This document shows, one piece after another, positions 58,951 through 62,301 of a DNA stretch of 62,301 bases (position 1 is its first letter; the number at the start of each line of letters is the position of its first letter). The notes under the pieces were generated by a model. It was not told the DNA's origin, did not search any database, and saw only the letters and a list, made by a program, of their open reading frames with translations. Location: sequence record SRR20825019_2768; one strand, written 5' to 3'. Made by a program: the position numbers and the translations under genes.

Positions 58951-59817
58951 ATGCTGAAAAAATCAGGTAAATCAGCGATATCAGGCGTACTGCTCGTGCT
59001 CACAGCCTGCGCCTCTAGCGGCCCTTCAAAACGCGCCACCGAAGATGTTGGGCCTGTATCTGTTCGTGCAAGGAACAGTCTCGCCACTGAAAACCCCACA
59101 GGTCTCGTAAAGGTTGGTGAAGGGTTTGAGCGGGCGGGAAATTATCCTGCTGCACAGGCGCTTTACCAGCAGGCTCTTGCGGCATCGCCTGATCTCATGG
59201 CAGCGAAAGTTGCCGTCGCCCGTATTCTCGCACCTATGGGCCGCGCGGATGAGAGCCTGAAGTTGCTGCAGATGTTGGTTGTAGAAAATCCAAAGGCGAC
59301 CGAAGCCCGTTCTGCCCTCGTGGACGCCTATATCGCCAATGCAGACTATAAAAACGCACTTCAGACATTTGAGCCTTTGATCACATCTTCATCATCGGCC
59401 GAGGTGTATGACACTGCGGGGCGGCTGGCCTACATTTCTGGTGCGACTGACAGCGCTCGCATCTTTTTCGACAAGGCGCTCAAACTTGAACCTGAAAATC
59501 CGTCGGTTCTTCAGCATCTTGCCCTGTCTTATGCGCTGGATGGTTCATTCGAAAGCGCTGTTGCCCTGATCCAGAAGGCGATGGACAGACCCTCCGCCCA
59601 GCTTCCTGCGCAGCGCAGCTTGGCCATCATTTATGCGCTATCCGGCCAGACAGATGCGGCACTCCACATCGCGCGTAGTGCAATGCCGCTTGAAGAGGCA
59701 AATAACATGAGACCCTTCTACCAGTTGCTGCCAAGGCTGGATAAGGAACAAAAAGCTGCAGCAGCCATGTTTGGGCGTATACCGGTGAACGCTGTTGACA
59801 AACTGAATGGGAAGTGA
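58951..59817 (+). CDS. TPR lipoprotein (TadD-like)
   Basis: Lipobox LTAC, successive TPR helices, LALSYAL.G, LAIIYALSG. Confidence 0.75.
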   Translation: MLKKSGKSAISGVLLVLTACASSGPSKRATEDVGPVSVRARNSLATENPTGLVKVGEGFERAGNYPAAQALYQQALAASPDLMAAKVAVARILAPMGRADESLKLLQMLVVENPKATEARSALVDAYIANADYKNALQTFEPLITSSSSAEVYDTAGRLAYISGATDSARIFFDKALKLEPENPSVLQHLALSYALDGSFESAVALIQKAMDRPSAQLPAQRSLAIIYALSGQTDAALHIARSAMPLEEANNMRPFYQLLPRLDKEQKAAAAMFGRIPVNAVDKLNGK

Positions 59818-59896
59818 GGCAAATTGACCTCTTGTTTGCGACGGTGATGCAGGGTAACAGTGCGCGGAAGTTGCAGTAATTGAACTGGATGAAGCC

Positions 59897-60208
59897 TTGA
59901 AACAATGCCAGAACATGGATGAGGTTCGCGCGGAGATAGACCGTGTAGACCGTTTGATTGTACCGCTTTTGCTCGAGCGCCTCACCTATATAGCACAAGC
60001 CGGGCACATCAAGGGCGACCGTGATACGGTCCGTGATCAATGGCGGATTGAAGACGTTGTCTCGAAAGTGAAGGCTGAAGCTGAGAAACTGGATGGCAAC
60101 ACTGGCTATATCGAAGATATCTATCGCCACCTGATTGAATGGAGCATTGCCCACGAATTTGTGGTTTGGGACGATGTGAATGCCGAGCAGAAGCGGACTG
60201 CCCGCTAA
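59897..60208 (+). CDS. AroQ-type chorismate mutase / isochorismate-pyruvate lyase family
   Basis: M.EVRAEIDRVD, LL.ER, HIK, VRD..R. Confidence 0.88.
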   Translation: MKQCQNMDEVRAEIDRVDRLIVPLLLERLTYIAQAGHIKGDRDTVRDQWRIEDVVSKVKAEAEKLDGNTGYIEDIYRHLIEWSIAHEFVVWDDVNAEQKRTAR

Positions 60209-60534
60209 GTGCGGGCACACCCGGTGCAAAAGCAGACGGTTGGGTCCAACTCCAGGCGTTTTTCGGAAATCTCGTCACCACATTCAAGACAGTAGCCAAA
60301 CTCGCCAGTTTTCAGGCGTTCCAGCGCTGCGTCCAGCCTTGACAGCATCTGCTGGCGACGGACAGCAATAGCATTGTTCATCGCCTGGCCCTGAAGGGCA
60401 TCCATACGAGATAGCCGACCAACACGGCTTTGGTCCAGTTCAACAGCTTGCCGGGAATTCTTGGCAGCACTGTCCGTAGCCTGAAGGTCTTCCTTCAGCG
60501 CCAGAAGTTTGGATTGCCAGTCTGGATTGGTCAA
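60205..60534 (-). CDS. TraR/DksA C4 zinc-finger protein (TTG start after GAGG)
   Basis: VELDQSRVGRLSRMDALQ.Q, FGYCLECG.EI...RL...P....C..C. Confidence 0.9.
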   Translation of the reverse strand: MTNPDWQSKLLALKEDLQATDSAAKNSRQAVELDQSRVGRLSRMDALQGQAMNNAIAVRRQQMLSRLDAALERLKTGEFGYCLECGDEISEKRLELDPTVCFCTGCART

Positions 60535-60689
60535 AGCTGATACCTCGAGTGCCTTTGATCTAAGCCCAAGCAAAGCATCTCAGCTAAACATAGGTCAAGC
60601 TGATAAGTGCGTGGCATCACAAGGCGAGACGGTCGATCCGATTAGAAATAATAGGTTTAAATTAACCCTAAAGAGCATATAATTTGTGC

Positions 60690-60769
60690 AAGTAGCATGA
60701 GTGGACGCGCGAGCGTGCACGCTGCTTAACCCAGAGGGCTTACCCCCATCGCCCTCTGGGTTTCTTATT
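60690..60769 (+). ncRNA. Candidate small RNA (unnamed)
   Basis: TATAAT at 60678-60683, GCGA-tetraloop hairpin, 12-bp hairpin with C-rich loop plus U-tract on +, although both flanking genes are on -. Confidence 0.45.
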
Positions 60770-60793
60770 CCTAAGGGGCGGGCGGTTTAACAG

Positions 60794-61876
60794 CTATTCC
60801 GCTGCGCTTTTCCCTAAATTCACCATCTCATCGACATGAACCCGCCGTGCATCATGCTCATCGGCTACGGCCATATCGTTGGCCTGCATGGCGTCGATAT
60901 CGATATTGGCAAAGCCAAGAATACCCATCTTGCCATAAGCGTCCTGGATTTTATCACCCCAAAGGCCGATATCTTTCACAATGGGAACGATACGGCTGAA
61001 CAGGTTGGTCCGGAACATTTTCATCGCGTCGCTTTGCTCCAGAAACTCCAGGCACTCTTTCATGGGGTAACCAAGCGTTTCCCAAACTTCCTTGTTCTGG
61101 AAACGGTCACGCATGAGATAACAGGCTTCAATCAGGAACTCTTCCCGCTCATTCCGCTCAGATTGGCTTAGCTGAGGGTAGAACTCTCGAAGCGCCAGGC
61201 GCCCAAACGCAACATGGCGGGCTTCGTCTTGCATCACATAGGCATTAACGGATGAGGCTAGAGGATCAGAACCATGATCCCGAATGTTCGCAAAGGCGGC
61301 CAGTGCCAGCCCTTCAATAACCACCTGCATCCCGAGATAAGTCATATCCCAGCGGCTATCGCGCAAAACCTGATCAAGCAGTGTTTTCAGCGGGCCTGTG
61401 ATGGGGTAGGCGAGGCCTATTTTTTCAACCAGCTTTTTATAGGTTTCCACATGGCGAGCTTCGTCCATCACTTGCGTGGCGGCGTAAAATTTGGCTTCTG
61501 TATCGGGCACGTTTGTTACGATTTTAGCGCTGCATATAAGCGCGCCTTGTTCGCCGTGCAGGAATTGGGAATTGCTCCATGCTGCCTGATGGCGCAGAGC
61601 TTCGCCTTGTTCTTTTTTCGACATTTTCATGAAGAAATCGGCGCCGTAGAGAGGGAAATATTCAATGGGAATGCCGAGCGGGTTGTCCGGGTCCAATTCA
61701 TGCGACCAGTCAATGCGGGAATCTGTATCCCATTGCATCGTTTTGCCCTTTGAGTACAGGCCAAGCAGGTCTTTACGATCGTCTGTATATTGCCAGTTAA
61801 ACAGTGCCTCGAAGTCTTGCGGCACTTCCCATGCGCAATCTTCAACGGCATTGGTGTAAAGCGGATCTAACGCCAT
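60794..61876 (-). CDS. Ferritin-like di-iron oxygenase (AurF-related family)
   Basis: SQFLHGEQGAL, QVMDEARH, IEGLALAAF, MQDEARH; GGAGGGG RBS. Confidence 0.85.
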   Translation of the reverse strand: MALDPLYTNAVEDCAWEVPQDFEALFNWQYTDDRKDLLGLYSKGKTMQWDTDSRIDWSHELDPDNPLGIPIEYFPLYGADFFMKMSKKEQGEALRHQAAWSNSQFLHGEQGALICSAKIVTNVPDTEAKFYAATQVMDEARHVETYKKLVEKIGLAYPITGPLKTLLDQVLRDSRWDMTYLGMQVVIEGLALAAFANIRDHGSDPLASSVNAYVMQDEARHVAFGRLALREFYPQLSQSERNEREEFLIEACYLMRDRFQNKEVWETLGYPMKECLEFLEQSDAMKMFRTNLFSRIVPIVKDIGLWGDKIQDAYGKMGILGFANIDIDAMQANDMAVADEHDARRVHVDEMVNLGKSAAE

Positions 61877-61993
61877 ATCTTCCCCTCCAGTTGTCGTGCG
61901 GCGCCTATATTAGACCCGAACGTCCAGAAAAGATACCAGTGCCAGATGAGCAGGTAAATGATAAAATTATCAATAGAGGCAAGTCGGCGAAAT

Positions 61994-62022
61994 AAAAAGG
62001 CAGCCGCATGCTTGCGGCTGCC
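61994..62022 (-). terminator. Intrinsic terminator after amtB
   Basis: Minus strand GGCAGCCGCA-agca-TGCGGCTGCC then TTTTT. Confidence 0.85.
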
Positions 62023-62068
62023 GAGTTGACCAGGGAGAGAAGGGCTCCGAGGTTGAAAAGATCGACTG

Positions 62069-62301
62069 TTAGGCGCTGAGTTTCTGTGACCCGCGACCAA
62101 ACTCTGGATAGGCTTCAAGCCCTAGCTCCGCGAGGTCAGAGCCGAGCTCTTCCTGCTCGTCAGTCAGGCGGATACCAACGGTATATTTGAGCGCCAGCCA
62201 TACAATTGCGCTTGTCACCACGACGAACGCACCAATGGCAACAACACCCAGTGCCTGTGTACCGAAGCTTGCGTCAGCATATGTCAGCGGTACAGCCATG
62301 G
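62069..62301 (-). CDS. amtB: Ammonium transporter, C-terminal fragment (5' end beyond the window)
   Basis: Q..G, last TM helix, GIRL..EQE..G.D..E.G..AYPEF Amt C-terminal signature. Confidence 0.9.
   Translation of the reverse strand, partial: MAVPLTYADASFGTQALGVVAIGAFVVVTSAIVWLALKYTVGIRLTDEQEELGSDLAELGLEAYPEFGRGSQKLSA

Noticed and set aside
1-62301. CRISPR array, tRNA/rRNA, IS element, prophage or defence system
   Set aside because: No repeat-spacer periodicity, cloverleaf, transposase, integrase or defence-type domains seen; intergenic gaps are all under about 300 bp

Overview
About 62 kb of densely coding core chromosome from an alphaproteobacterium. Gene order (pepA directly beside lptD, ctaA-cutA near rplM) and the protein sequences suggest a Sphingomonadales/Kordiimonadales-like marine organism; this is inference. 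The backbone is housekeeping: acpP-fabF-mltG-yicC-gmk, lptD-surA-pdxA-rsmA, pepA-holC, ndk, purMN, hdaA-ppk1-ppx, rnd, aspS, guaA, panB, yfgM-bamB-der, ctaA-cutA, rplM-rpsI, argC, sodB and a partial amtB. Small accessory blocks are interspersed, the largest being about 9.6 kb between rpsI and argC. I see no tRNA, rRNA, CRISPR array, integrase, transposase or phage gene. The best leads are: (1) a peptide-deformylase paralogue that has lost its metal ligands but keeps the basic C-terminal helix and carries a duplicated His/Cys tail; (2) an unannotated ~80-nt sRNA candidate near 60.7 kb with a TATAAT box, a CtrA-like site, two hairpins and a U-tract; (3) a tandem-duplicated DUF417/RclC membrane protein; (4) a 60-aa YjfB-like small protein, an orphan di-iron enzyme and a ~23-aa insertion in ArgC. 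No complete new multi-gene system can be demonstrated from the sequence alone. All family calls come from motif recognition, not database searches.
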